A DNA stretch of 64,000 nt from Chitinophagales bacterium (GTDB lineage: Bacteria > Bacteroidota > Bacteroidia > Chitinophagales > LD1). The translations under genes were made by a program, and so were the position numbers. Under the pieces are notes generated by a model. That model had not been told where the DNA came from. It saw only the letters and a program-made list of their open reading frames with translations, and did no database searches. Shown piece after piece: positions 30,949 to 40,370 of this stretch; the stretch's first letter is position 1, and every line of letters starts with the position of its first letter. The stretch is taken from positions 24,077 to 88,076 of the forward strand of contig JBGAVP010000006.1 in the NCBI GenBank assembly GCA_044228065.1, given 5' to 3'.

Positions 30949-32421
30949 TTAATTTGTTTTTTGTACCAGATAAAAATATTTTGAATTCGTATTTAAGATA
31001 TTAAAGCCTTTTGCTTGCAAAGCATTTTTTTTGTTTACAGGCACAATATTATAGTTTGAATTGCAATTGTTTTCGATTTGGAAGTGGGTTCCAAAATAAC
31101 GTTGTAAATAGGCTTGTAAATATCCATCTTGAATAAAAGTTGAATCCAAACAAACATTTGAAAAAGGAGGTAGCTTTCCCTCAATTTCATGCATATCACT
31201 TACTAAAGTAGTTGCCCTGCCTACTTTCCCAAACAAATAAAAACAAACAAAAATTACGATTGTAATGCAAACTAACAAAAGTCTATTTACTGCTATTAAA
31301 ATATACTTTTTTATAAATGGTAAAATGCTATTCAATATTGGAGCAAAAAGCAAAGCTAACGCAATAGCATAATAGTGTAAAGAAGGAAGCAAATAATATA
31401 CCCTTTGTTTTTGCGAAATTAGAATAGGAATTGATGCACATAATGCAACTAAACTAAAAAACAAGAACTGTTTTGAGTAAGTGAATTTGTTTAGAATTCC
31501 AATAGTATTTTTTGAAACATAATAAAGTATAGAGATAATAGATACTGGTATCCAAATTTGATGAAAGAGATATGTGAATACCTGAAACCTTCCATTGGTT
31601 GACTCCGCATTAGTAATAGATCCGTATAATTGTTCTCTCCAATACATTTCCATATAATGATGGTAGGTGGAATATTTATACAAAAGTGTAATACACAATA
31701 TTAAAATTAGAAGTAGTGAAATGCTGTAGGATAGACCTAAAATTAATTTCTTAGAAAATGAAAAAACATAACAAATAGGAACTGCTAAAATAAAACAAGC
31801 AATAGGTCCTTTTGTGAAAATGGCACCAAGAAAAGTAATCACAGAGAATAGAAATATTGGAAAAGAAAAGTGTTCTTTTTTTAAAATATAAACAACGCTC
31901 CAAGTGCTAGCCATGCAAAAAGTGGATACGAGTGTATCTATCATATTGTTCGGATACACCCAATGTACCACAGGCATTAGCATGTAAAAAAATATAGGCA
32001 GAAAGCGAAATTTATTATCTGAAATAAATATTCTCCAAAGTTGATAAATAAGGAAAGTATTTAAAAAAAGTAATACTAGACAAAAGATACGCTCAGTATA
32101 TAGGTGGTCTCCCAGAATACTAAAGAATAACGATTGTATAATAAAAAATAAAGGAGGGTGACCATAAAATTCTGTACTAAACAATACATGACTACTACTA
32201 CCAATTCCTAAAGCTAGATTCCGAGAAATAGCTGCGTAGGTTAGCCCATCTACAAACATATCTTCCTGTACAAGAGGTGTAAAAATGAAAATAGCTGCTA
32301 TTAAAATAGTCAATTTTAATATTGCTCTGTTTGCAAATCTTTCAGATATATTTTCTTCAGTGAATGATTTCATCGTTCGGTGTCTAATTTCTGTAATTAA
32401 TGTAGTAAGTTTGGCAAACAT
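30949..32421 (-). CDS. second polytopic GT-C-like glycosyltransferase (ArnT-like)
   Basis: EDMFVDGLTYAAISRNLA...FYGHPPLFFII plus more than 10 predicted TM helices. It sits adjacent to the GT39-like gene. Confidence 0.55.
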   Translation of the reverse strand: MFAKLTTLITEIRHRTMKSFTEENISERFANRAILKLTILIAAIFIFTPLVQEDMFVDGLTYAAISRNLALGIGSSSHVLFSTEFYGHPPLFFIIQSLFFSILGDHLYTERIFCLVLLFLNTFLIYQLWRIFISDNKFRFLPIFFYMLMPVVHWVYPNNMIDTLVSTFCMASTWSVVYILKKEHFSFPIFLFSVITFLGAIFTKGPIACFILAVPICYVFSFSKKLILGLSYSISLLLILILCITLLYKYSTYHHYMEMYWREQLYGSITNAESTNGRFQVFTYLFHQIWIPVSIISILYYVSKNTIGILNKFTYSKQFLFFSLVALCASIPILISQKQRVYYLLPSLHYYAIALALLFAPILNSILPFIKKYILIAVNRLLLVCITIVIFVCFYLFGKVGRATTLVSDMHEIEGKLPPFSNVCLDSTFIQDGYLQAYLQRYFGTHFQIENNCNSNYNIVPVNKKNALQAKGFNILNTNSKYFYLVQKTN

Positions 32422-32436
32422 AATTGTTTAGTTTTT

Positions 32437-34551
32437 ATGAAATATATTGTTTGTCTTTTAATGGTATTTGCATTACTTTCTAGTTGCAAGAAGCAAGAGG
32501 ATAAAACAAGTTGGAGTATAGATGCATTGGCTCCTTTAGCTACCACTAGTCTTTCTCTTACTAATTTGGTAAAGGATTCAACTATTAAAACCAATGCTGA
32601 TAATTCTCTTACTCTGGATTATAGAACCACAGTTTATGAACTCAGTTTAGCTGACCAATTTGTAAAAATCCCCGATACTTCAATTACACAAAAGTATACG
32701 GTTGATTCTATAACACTTCCGCAGAATGGTTTGGAGTATAAGGTTTCACTGGGTTCACTTGCGCAAACATTATCGGTTAGTTCTGACCCTTTACAAATGG
32801 CTTATGGTAATTTTATTCTCAGTAAAAACGGACAAAGTGTAACTATTACAGCTTTTAATGGTTTCAGTACTTCCCCCTATGTTTTTGATGGTTCCGCTTT
32901 TTTCAGAACCATGACTTTAAATAGTGGCTATCTCGATTTTTGGGTAGTTAATCATCTGCCTGTTGATTTAACGAATGTTCAGTATGAAATTAGAAATAGT
33001 ATTTCAGGTACATTGATTCTTTCGGATGTAGTTCCTTTTATACCTAAGTATGATTCTGTTTATCAATTAAAAGATTTGTCAGGTCAAACCATTGAAAGCG
33101 GAATTAATTTTAAGATATCAAATTTTAATTCACCGGGAAGTTCGAGTCCTGTGCTTCTAGATACGAATGATTATATCAGAATTCATGGAAGGTTATTTGG
33201 GCTTAGGGCTAAAAATGCAATCGCAAGATTTCCTTCTCAAGATTTAATAAATTCAAATCAGGAGGTAGCTCAAGATATAGGGGATAGGAAACTTTCTTAT
33301 GTTGATTGCAGAGAAGGAGATTTGACGGTTACCATTATTAGTTCTGTTCAAGAACAGATGCGTCTTAAATATAAACTAGTTGGTGCCTTTGATAAATATG
33401 GTAATCCCTTAGTAAAAGAAACTCTCGTAACACCAGCAGTTTCAGGTCAGCCAACTATTATACAACAAACATTTCCGTTAGCTGGTTATGCTATTAACTT
33501 AACTGGAGTGGATGGTTCTAAGTTTAACACCTATACTCAATTAATTATTGCCCACATTGACTCATCAGGAATCGAGCGGCAGATAACTAGCTCTGATAGC
33601 TTGCAAATGACTTATCGTATTCGCAACATTCGCCCTAACTACATTAAGGGTTATGTAGGTCGCGATACAGTAAATATAAAAGGAGATTCGCCTTTCGATT
33701 TTACAAACATGTTTAAGAACAGTGCACCCAATGCATTGAAATTTGAAAATGTAAAAATGAGTTTGAGTATTGAAAATGGTTTGGGAGTAGATGGAAATGT
33801 AAAAATAAGCAACCTTTCAGGAATCAATGCCAATGGCAACTCTGTATCGCTTTCTGATTTTTCTGGTAGCCCTATCATTGGCACTACACAACATATCAAT
33901 AGAGCTACTGATTTTCCGCTTACACCTGCAGTGAGTAATTTTGTTTTGCAAAGTGCTAGTTCTAATATCAATGATTTTATAAGTAATCTTCCTAATAAAA
34001 TTAGCTACGATGTACAGATAAAAACCAACCCAAGTGGCAATAGAAATACCTACGATGATTTTGCTTATTTGGAGAGTAGATTAAAAGTGAATTTGGATAT
34101 TAATATGCCGCTTTCCTTGCTTGCCAATAATTTGATTCTAAAGGATTCATTTGGGTTTAGTTTAGGCAGTAGCACCAAGGAAATTGATAATATTAAAGAC
34201 GGAACCTTGCATTTAATCACGCAAAATAAATTTCCTATTCAATCCGATATTGAGTTGTTAGTTTTTGATGAAAATTGGAATTTGTTGGATAGCTTGGTTA
34301 GCAATGCGCGCGTAGATGCTGCTGATTTGAATGGCGCATGTAGAGCAGAAGTAGCTAAAAGAAATGTATTGAATATTCCATTGAGTGGTGCTCGTTTAGA
34401 AAAGATAAAAAGTGCTAAACATGCCGTGGTTACTGCTGTTTTCAATACCAAAGCTACGGGAACTTGTAATGGACAATATTTAAAAATATACAGCGATTAT
34501 AAATTAGATGCCAAAATTACGGCAGACTTTAATTACAAAATTAAATTTTGA
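32437..34551 (+). CDS. hypothetical large lipoprotein
   Basis: 704-aa ORF with the lipobox ALLSSCKK, a beta-rich composition and a C-terminal Phe. Confidence 0.6.
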   Translation: MKYIVCLLMVFALLSSCKKQEDKTSWSIDALAPLATTSLSLTNLVKDSTIKTNADNSLTLDYRTTVYELSLADQFVKIPDTSITQKYTVDSITLPQNGLEYKVSLGSLAQTLSVSSDPLQMAYGNFILSKNGQSVTITAFNGFSTSPYVFDGSAFFRTMTLNSGYLDFWVVNHLPVDLTNVQYEIRNSISGTLILSDVVPFIPKYDSVYQLKDLSGQTIESGINFKISNFNSPGSSSPVLLDTNDYIRIHGRLFGLRAKNAIARFPSQDLINSNQEVAQDIGDRKLSYVDCREGDLTVTIISSVQEQMRLKYKLVGAFDKYGNPLVKETLVTPAVSGQPTIIQQTFPLAGYAINLTGVDGSKFNTYTQLIIAHIDSSGIERQITSSDSLQMTYRIRNIRPNYIKGYVGRDTVNIKGDSPFDFTNMFKNSAPNALKFENVKMSLSIENGLGVDGNVKISNLSGINANGNSVSLSDFSGSPIIGTTQHINRATDFPLTPAVSNFVLQSASSNINDFISNLPNKISYDVQIKTNPSGNRNTYDDFAYLESRLKVNLDINMPLSLLANNLILKDSFGFSLGSSTKEIDNIKDGTLHLITQNKFPIQSDIELLVFDENWNLLDSLVSNARVDAADLNGACRAEVAKRNVLNIPLSGARLEKIKSAKHAVVTAVFNTKATGTCNGQYLKIYSDYKLDAKITADFNYKIKF

Positions 34552-34590
34552 AACAGTAAGGTTATTCAGTTCGTAGTTAGGAGCATTTCT

Positions 34591-34618
34591 CTACGAACTA
34601 CGAACTACGAACTATGAA
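34591..34618. repeat. heptamer tandem repeat (TACGAAC x3 plus TATGAAC) with an upstream inverted copy
   Basis: The sequence reads TACGAACTACGAACTACGAACTATGAAC. GTTCGTAGTT at 34568-34577 is its inverted complement and can form a hairpin after the stop at 34551. Confidence 0.6.
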
Positions 34619-34627
34619 CTACTTACA

Positions 34628-35962
34628 ATGAAATATTTGAACTCTATACTTTTTGTTTTTTCTGTTTTTTGTAGTGTTTCTCTTTTTGGGCAAGATACCT
34701 TATCTAAGGATAAAGTAAGGGATACTATTATCCCCATCATATGCACTTTTGGAAATAATATAAATACGAATCTTAACGCATATCCTTCTATTCCACCCAT
34801 GTTAGCAGATGCTTCTAATGAAGCGAATACTTTAAATTTAGATGCGGATTTTCACAATAACTCTAACTCCATTACTAATCATTTGATAGGTTCTTTTTTG
34901 TTTAAAAAAGAGATAACCGATGAAGTGAAAAACAGAACCGCCAACTATGCTTCTAAATGTTTAAAATATGAAGATGAATTGAAAGCCGGACTTACTTATA
35001 AGCACCATTTTAAAAAGACAGATTTCAATTTGTTTGTTTCCTATTATCACAGAAATATTAGAAATTTAGTAGCTCCAAAAGATGCGTATTTAGTTGCCTT
35101 TTACGGCAATAAGCAATTTGAAGATAAGACTGCCGATTTGAGTTTGCTTCGCTTTGAAGACTTAATGTATAATCAGTACTCAGTTGGTTTTAGCAAACGA
35201 TTTAATCGTTTTTATGGGGGAGTAAATTTTTCTTTTTTGCAAGGGTTTTTAGACCAACAACTTGTCAATAAAAGTGGCAGTTTGTATACTGCTCCATTGG
35301 GTGAATATTTAGATTTAAAATATCAGTTAGAGTTCAATCAATCTAGAGAAGGGGCGAGTAAATTTTTTGGTTTAAATGGAGTAGGCTTTTCTACTGATTT
35401 GCATGTAGCATATACGGCTAAAAAGTTTACAGTTACTTTTGACGCACAGGATTTAGGATTTATAAAATGGAACAGCAAACCCGTTAATTATGTGGGGGAT
35501 ACAGCCTTTCGTTTTAATGGTTTAGAAATTAACTTAGGAAATTTAATTTCTGGAAATGGTGCTACAGGCTTGAATATTGATACCCTGATTAAAACACTAG
35601 GACCTAAACGCACAGAAAAAAGTTACCAAACTATATTACCTTCTACATTTCAGATAATTTTTTCAGTGCCAATAAAAGCAGGAAGAGTACCAGTAATTTT
35701 AAATGTAGGAGCTAATACACGCATCCTTTCTAAATATTATGTTTATGGTTTTGTGAAGGCAAATTTCTTTGTGAAATATGGAATTGTGGCATCTGTAAGT
35801 GCTGGAGCAGGTGGCTATTCTTTGTTTAATTTGGGAGGAGAAGTAGCTAAGAATTGGAAGCATTTTAATCTCGCATTAGGTACAGCAAATATAATTGGTT
35901 TGGTAGCTCCTAAATACTATCCTGGTTCATCTCTTTATTTGCGACTAGGCGCTAAATTTTAA
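34628..35962 (+). CDS. hypothetical outer-membrane beta-barrel-like protein
   Basis: 444-aa ORF with a signal peptide, alternating aromatic/Gly strands and a terminal ...LRLGAKF. Confidence 0.55.
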   Translation: MKYLNSILFVFSVFCSVSLFGQDTLSKDKVRDTIIPIICTFGNNINTNLNAYPSIPPMLADASNEANTLNLDADFHNNSNSITNHLIGSFLFKKEITDEVKNRTANYASKCLKYEDELKAGLTYKHHFKKTDFNLFVSYYHRNIRNLVAPKDAYLVAFYGNKQFEDKTADLSLLRFEDLMYNQYSVGFSKRFNRFYGGVNFSFLQGFLDQQLVNKSGSLYTAPLGEYLDLKYQLEFNQSREGASKFFGLNGVGFSTDLHVAYTAKKFTVTFDAQDLGFIKWNSKPVNYVGDTAFRFNGLEINLGNLISGNGATGLNIDTLIKTLGPKRTEKSYQTILPSTFQIIFSVPIKAGRVPVILNVGANTRILSKYYVYGFVKANFFVKYGIVASVSAGAGGYSLFNLGGEVAKNWKHFNLALGTANIIGLVAPKYYPGSSLYLRLGAKF

Positions 35963-36107
35963 CTTATTAAATAGCTAGCAAGTTGCAATTTGCAAGTATG
36001 ATTCAATAAATGCAATAATTTCCCCATTTACAAATTACCTCATTATCAAATCTACTCATTCAAATATTCTCATTATCGGTGCTGGGCCAGCGGGAGCAGC
36101 TACTGCT

Positions 36108-37280
36108 TTGTTTTTGGCAAAGCAAGGTATAGCAAGCACATTGGTAGATAAAGAAAAATTTCCTCGCGATAAAATTTGTGGTGATGCACTGAGCGGTAAA
36201 GTAGTGGAAGTTCTTAAAAAGCTAGATGCTAATCTGCTAAAGGAGCTTTATTCCGATGGCAATTTTCTGGGTTCTTATGGTGTAACCTTTGTAGCTCCTA
36301 ATGAACAACGATTACGGGTGCCATTTAAAAAAGAAATCTCTGCTAATTCAACACCTCCTGGTTTTATTGTAAAGCGAATTGATTTTGATGATTGGTTGGT
36401 AGAAAAGGTGCGACAGAATCCGTTGATTACACTTTTAGAGAATACGGAAATTAGAAAGTATGAGAAAGTAGAGGATGTGATTTTAGCACATACAAAGTCT
36501 GATGAAGTAATTCATGCAAAGATTGTGATAGCAGCCGATGGGGCGTACTCTACTTTTGCAAAAACTATTGCAGGTATTGAAACTGAGCCTGCACATAACT
36601 GTTTTGGACTACGTTCTTATTATAAAAATGTGAGTGGGCTCGATCATCAAAATTTCATTGAACTTCATTTCGTAAAAGATTTTTTGCCAGGTTATTTTTG
36701 GATTTTTCCATTACCAAACGGCATGGCAAATGTAGGAGTAGGTATGCGTGCTGACAAAGTACACGAAAAAAAGATTAATTTAAAAAAGGCTTTTGAAAAA
36801 TTGATACAAGAGAATCCTTCTATCAGTAAACGCTTTGCAGGAGCGGAGCAGATAGGAGAGGTGAAGCTGTATGGTTTGCCCCTTGGTTCTAAAAAAAGGA
36901 AACTTTCTGGCGCACATTATTTGCTTACAGGTGATGCTGGTATGCTTATAGACCCGTTTACAGGGGAGGGAATTGGCAATGCTATGATGAGCGGAATGTT
37001 AGCCGCAGAGCAAGCAGGTAAGGCATTAGCTGCAAACGATTTTACTGAACGTTTTATGAAGCAGTATGATGAGGCAGTCTACCATCGTTTGTGGAGCGAA
37101 TTATCGCTCAGTTATAAAATGCAGCAGTTGGTCAATTTCCCTTGGCTCTTTAATTATGTAGTAAAGAAAGCCAATACTAATAAGACATTGAGCGAAACTA
37201 TTTCAGTGATGTTTGAAGATATAGATTTGCGTGCTCGATTAAAAAATCCAATTTTCTATTTCAAACTTTTATTTTCGTAA
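36108..37280 (+). CDS. geranylgeranyl reductase-family FAD-dependent oxidoreductase (annotated start probably too short)
   Basis: GDAGMLIDPFTGEGIGNAM and other GGR-family blocks are present. The Rossmann motif ILIIGAGPAGAATA lies in the same frame upstream of the first canonical start (TTG at 36108). Confidence 0.7.
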   Translation: MFLAKQGIASTLVDKEKFPRDKICGDALSGKVVEVLKKLDANLLKELYSDGNFLGSYGVTFVAPNEQRLRVPFKKEISANSTPPGFIVKRIDFDDWLVEKVRQNPLITLLENTEIRKYEKVEDVILAHTKSDEVIHAKIVIAADGAYSTFAKTIAGIETEPAHNCFGLRSYYKNVSGLDHQNFIELHFVKDFLPGYFWIFPLPNGMANVGVGMRADKVHEKKINLKKAFEKLIQENPSISKRFAGAEQIGEVKLYGLPLGSKKRKLSGAHYLLTGDAGMLIDPFTGEGIGNAMMSGMLAAEQAGKALAANDFTERFMKQYDEAVYHRLWSELSLSYKMQQLVNFPWLFNYVVKKANTNKTLSETISVMFEDIDLRARLKNPIFYFKLLFS

Positions 37281-37293
37281 AAAAAATCTACAA

Positions 37294-37812
37294 ATGAGAA
37301 AACTATTGATATTGACTATTGGTTCATTTTTATTATTGAACACAGCTATTGCCCAAAAGGAACATTGCGACCCAGCAAAGGAATCTAAATTTAAATCGCT
37401 TTCTAAACCTAATAAGGAAGGAGGCTATGGAAAAATAATAAAGAAGACTGGCGCTATTACGGTGGCTGCTTTAGATAAGAAAATGGCTGTTAAGAAAGAG
37501 GCAATGAAAGTTACTATTACAGGAACTGTTCTTAGTGTGTGTAAAGCCAAGGGGTGTTGGATGGGAGTAGACAAAGGGAATGGAGAAAGTATGCGTATTC
37601 GTTTCAAAGATTATGCCTTTTTTGTTCCTAGAGACATAGAAGGGCAAACCTTTACTGCTCAAGGAACAGCTTATTATGATACTACTTCAGTAGAAATGCT
37701 AAAACACTATGCCTCAGATGCTAAAAAACCTCAATCTGAAATAGATGCCATTACAAAACCAGAGATAGAATTATGCTTTACTGCAGAGGGAGTTTTGTTT
37801 GAGAAAAAATAA
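37294..37812 (+). CDS. DUF4920-like secreted protein
   Basis: Has a signal peptide. I recall the core VCKAKGCWMGV...MRIRFKDYAFFVPRD as DUF4920. Confidence 0.55.
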   Translation: MRKLLILTIGSFLLLNTAIAQKEHCDPAKESKFKSLSKPNKEGGYGKIIKKTGAITVAALDKKMAVKKEAMKVTITGTVLSVCKAKGCWMGVDKGNGESMRIRFKDYAFFVPRDIEGQTFTAQGTAYYDTTSVEMLKHYASDAKKPQSEIDAITKPEIELCFTAEGVLFEKK

Positions 37813-37848
37813 ATTTGGCATATTGTTTTTAAACTTCCGTTAAGATTC

Positions 37849-37856
37849 TATATTTG
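37849..37856 (+). promoter_or_regulatory. Bacteroidota -7 box (TAnnTTTG) upstream of tRNA-Lys
   Basis: TATATTTG lies 26 nt upstream of the 5' end of the tRNA. Confidence 0.35.
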
Positions 37857-37881
37857 CACACGCTTTGAAAAAAGCAGGTCA

Positions 37882-37954
37882 GATTTCGTAGCTCAGCTGG
37901 TAGAGCAATACACTTTTAATGTATGGGTCCTGGGTTCGAATCCCAGCGAGATCA
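37882..37954 (+). tRNA. tRNA-Lys (anticodon TTT)
   Basis: 73-nt cloverleaf folded by hand: acceptor GATTTCG/CGAGATC, D-arm GCTCAGCTGGTAGAGC, anticodon loop CTTTTAA, T-arm CTGGGTTCGAATCCCAG. Confidence 0.9.
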
Positions 37955-37956
37955 CA

Positions 37957-37985
37957 AGCGGTTCAGCAATGAACCGCTTTTTTTG
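37957..37985 (+). terminator. rho-independent terminator after tRNA-Lys
   Basis: AGCGGTTCA-GCAA-TGAACCGCT followed by TTTTTTT. Confidence 0.65.
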
Positions 37986-38095
37986 TGCCTATTATTTTAA
38001 GATGTTTTTTGAGATTACTTATAGTATAGACTTAACACAGTTGTTCAGTTTTTAGAGGTATAAAGATTAGCTTTTGTCGAAAGATTTAGAGAACC

Positions 38096-39664
38096 TTAAA
38101 AAGGTGGAGCTTCATCAAAATCTTCTCTGCCGTGTTTTTTCTCTGCATCAAAATCGTCATTCATTTTAGAAGATATTCTTTTAAAGATGCGTTTTTCATT
38201 TCCAGATTGAACTTCTAGCGTAGAATTTTCTTCATTTTGGAATTCATCGAAGTCAGCAAATTTTGCGAACCTGCCTATGAATTTAGCTTTTACTGTTTTA
38301 AGAGGTCCATTTCTATGTTTCGCAATAATTATTTCTGCTACATCTTTGGTGCTTTGCCCATCCTCATCTTGCGGAATGCCATAGTATTCTCCTCTATAAA
38401 GGAAGATAACAATATCAGCATCTTGTTCTATTGCGCCAGATTCACGCAAATCGGAGAGGATTGGTTTCTTATTGCCACCGCGAGTTTCGGGTGCTCTACT
38501 TAATTGTGAAAGTGCAATTACAGGCACTTGTAGTTCTTTTGCTAAACCTTTTAAGGAACGCGATATCTGAGAAATTTCTTGCTCTCTATTTCCACCTCCT
38601 TTGCCTTCATTAGTGCCACTCATAAGCTGCAAATAATCAATAATAATCATACTGATATCATGCTTCTGTTTTAGCTTTCTACATTTGGAGCGGAGCTCAA
38701 AAATATTCATACCTGGAGTATCATCTATAAATATTTTAGCTTCCCTTAAGAGGTCTATCTTAGAGGTGAGTTGCTGGTACTCGTGTTTCTCCAAATTTCC
38801 TTTCCGAATTTTTTCAGCAGGAATCTCAGATTCCATAGAAATCATTCTTTGAACCAATTGGTTAGATGACATTTCCAATGAGAAAAACGCCACCGCTTTT
38901 TTATGGTCTACTGCTCCATTTCTAGCCAAAGCCAATGTGAAAGCCGTTTTACCCATACCTGGGCGAGCGGCCATTACAATTAAATCTGATTTTTGCCAGC
39001 CGCCAGTAGCTCTATCTAATTCCATAAAACCAGAGGGGACACCATTCAAATGCTCATCACTATTAATTCTCGTATCAATCTCTATCAATTCTTTTTTGAT
39101 GAGAGAGGCTATATCTTCCGATGCTTTTTTAGCGTTATTCTCAGAAATGAGCATCAGATTAGTTTCTGCTTTATCTAGTAACTCAAATACATCAGTAGTG
39201 TCTTCGTATGCATTTTTAATAGTTTCAGTAGAAGATGTGATGAGCATTCGCTGAATGTATTTCTGCGCCACAATCCGAGCATGGTATTCAGCATTAGCAG
39301 CAGAGCCTACTTTATTGGTAAGTTGGGTGACATAAAAGGGACCACCAACTGCTTCTAAATCTCCATTCTTTTTTAGTTGCTCGGTTACAGTTAATAAATC
39401 TATAGGGTGACTGCCACTGTATAAATCTTTAATGGCTTGAAATATTCTTTGATGAGCATCTACATAAAAACTTTCTACTTTAAGTATATCAATTACTTCA
39501 TCAATCACTTTTTCCTCAATCATGATAGCACCTAAGATGGCTTCCTCGAACTCTTTTGCCTGTGGAGGTAACTTACCAAATTCTAAAGCAGAGGTATCTA
39601 CATTTCCCCCTTTTCGGGTAACTATGTCAAATTTCTTCTTGAAGTTTTCTATTTGCTCTGCCAT
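38096..39664 (-). CDS. dnaB: replicative DNA helicase
   Basis: DnaB N-terminal domain (PPQAKEFEEAILGAIM), Walker A (ARPGMGKTAF), IIIDYLQLM and the SQLSR motif. Confidence 0.93.
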   Translation of the reverse strand: MAEQIENFKKKFDIVTRKGGNVDTSALEFGKLPPQAKEFEEAILGAIMIEEKVIDEVIDILKVESFYVDAHQRIFQAIKDLYSGSHPIDLLTVTEQLKKNGDLEAVGGPFYVTQLTNKVGSAANAEYHARIVAQKYIQRMLITSSTETIKNAYEDTTDVFELLDKAETNLMLISENNAKKASEDIASLIKKELIEIDTRINSDEHLNGVPSGFMELDRATGGWQKSDLIVMAARPGMGKTAFTLALARNGAVDHKKAVAFFSLEMSSNQLVQRMISMESEIPAEKIRKGNLEKHEYQQLTSKIDLLREAKIFIDDTPGMNIFELRSKCRKLKQKHDISMIIIDYLQLMSGTNEGKGGGNREQEISQISRSLKGLAKELQVPVIALSQLSRAPETRGGNKKPILSDLRESGAIEQDADIVIFLYRGEYYGIPQDEDGQSTKDVAEIIIAKHRNGPLKTVKAKFIGRFAKFADFDEFQNEENSTLEVQSGNEKRIFKRISSKMNDDFDAEKKHGREDFDEAPPF

Positions 39665-39878
39665 GGTGTAATTCTTTTAAGGGGGGACAAAAATTACCTT
39701 TCAAAGTCGAATTCCGAAGGAAAAGGTAGTAATTATTTTCGAACATCTATTAACAGTCTATTCACAAAATAGAGCTGATGTAATTTCTTCGAAACGTAGG
39801 CAGGGCTTAATAGCCAGAATAGCTATGTGTATAAATATAAATATCTAATTATGGGAAAAAGGGCGAGAAAATCTTATT

Positions 39879-40370
39879 TTAAAGCAATAATAATTCGCCT
39901 AGTCTAAAGAAAACCTCTTCTACCCCTAAATCTTCTTTGGCACTACAAAAGAAATCAGGTTTTGTTGGCATCATTTTCTTTACATTTTCGGTTTCTACTG
40001 CATTTAGTAAATCACATTTATTAGCAGCAATTACTAGAGGTACACCAGGTAATTTACTTTTAAGAAACGCAAGATCTTCATTCATATTTAAGAATGAAGG
40101 TGGAGCTGATATGTCTACTACATAAATGATTCCACTAGAGCCCAGAAAATAAGATTGGGGTGTATTTTGCTGACTGCTTTCACCTGCCAAATCCCAAATA
40201 ATTAAGTTTAGAATATTATCCTTAATGGTGATTTGTTTTTTATCAATTCTAACTCCAATGGTAGAAATGTATTGCTCAGAAAACCTATGATGTACATAAC
40301 GATTTACCATAGACGTTTTTCCCACATTCACATTTCCTACTAGGATTATTTTCTTACTTTGTTCAGTCAT
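39879..40370 (-). CDS. Ras-superfamily (Rab-like) small GTPase
   Basis: G1 GNVNVGKTS, a switch I YISTIGV identical to the Rab consensus, G3 WDLAGE, G4 NKCD, G5 CSAK. 163 aa. Confidence 0.8.
   Translation of the reverse strand: MTEQSKKIILVGNVNVGKTSMVNRYVHHRFSEQYISTIGVRIDKKQITIKDNILNLIIWDLAGESSQQNTPQSYFLGSSGIIYVVDISAPPSFLNMNEDLAFLKSKLPGVPLVIAANKCDLLNAVETENVKKMMPTKPDFFCSAKEDLGVEEVFFRLGELLLL

Noticed and set aside
34591-34618. Possible CRISPR-like or other functional repeat array (TACGAAC repeats).
   Set aside because: The units are 7 bp, contiguous and without spacers, and only about four copies are present. It is a microsatellite or terminator hairpin, not a CRISPR array.
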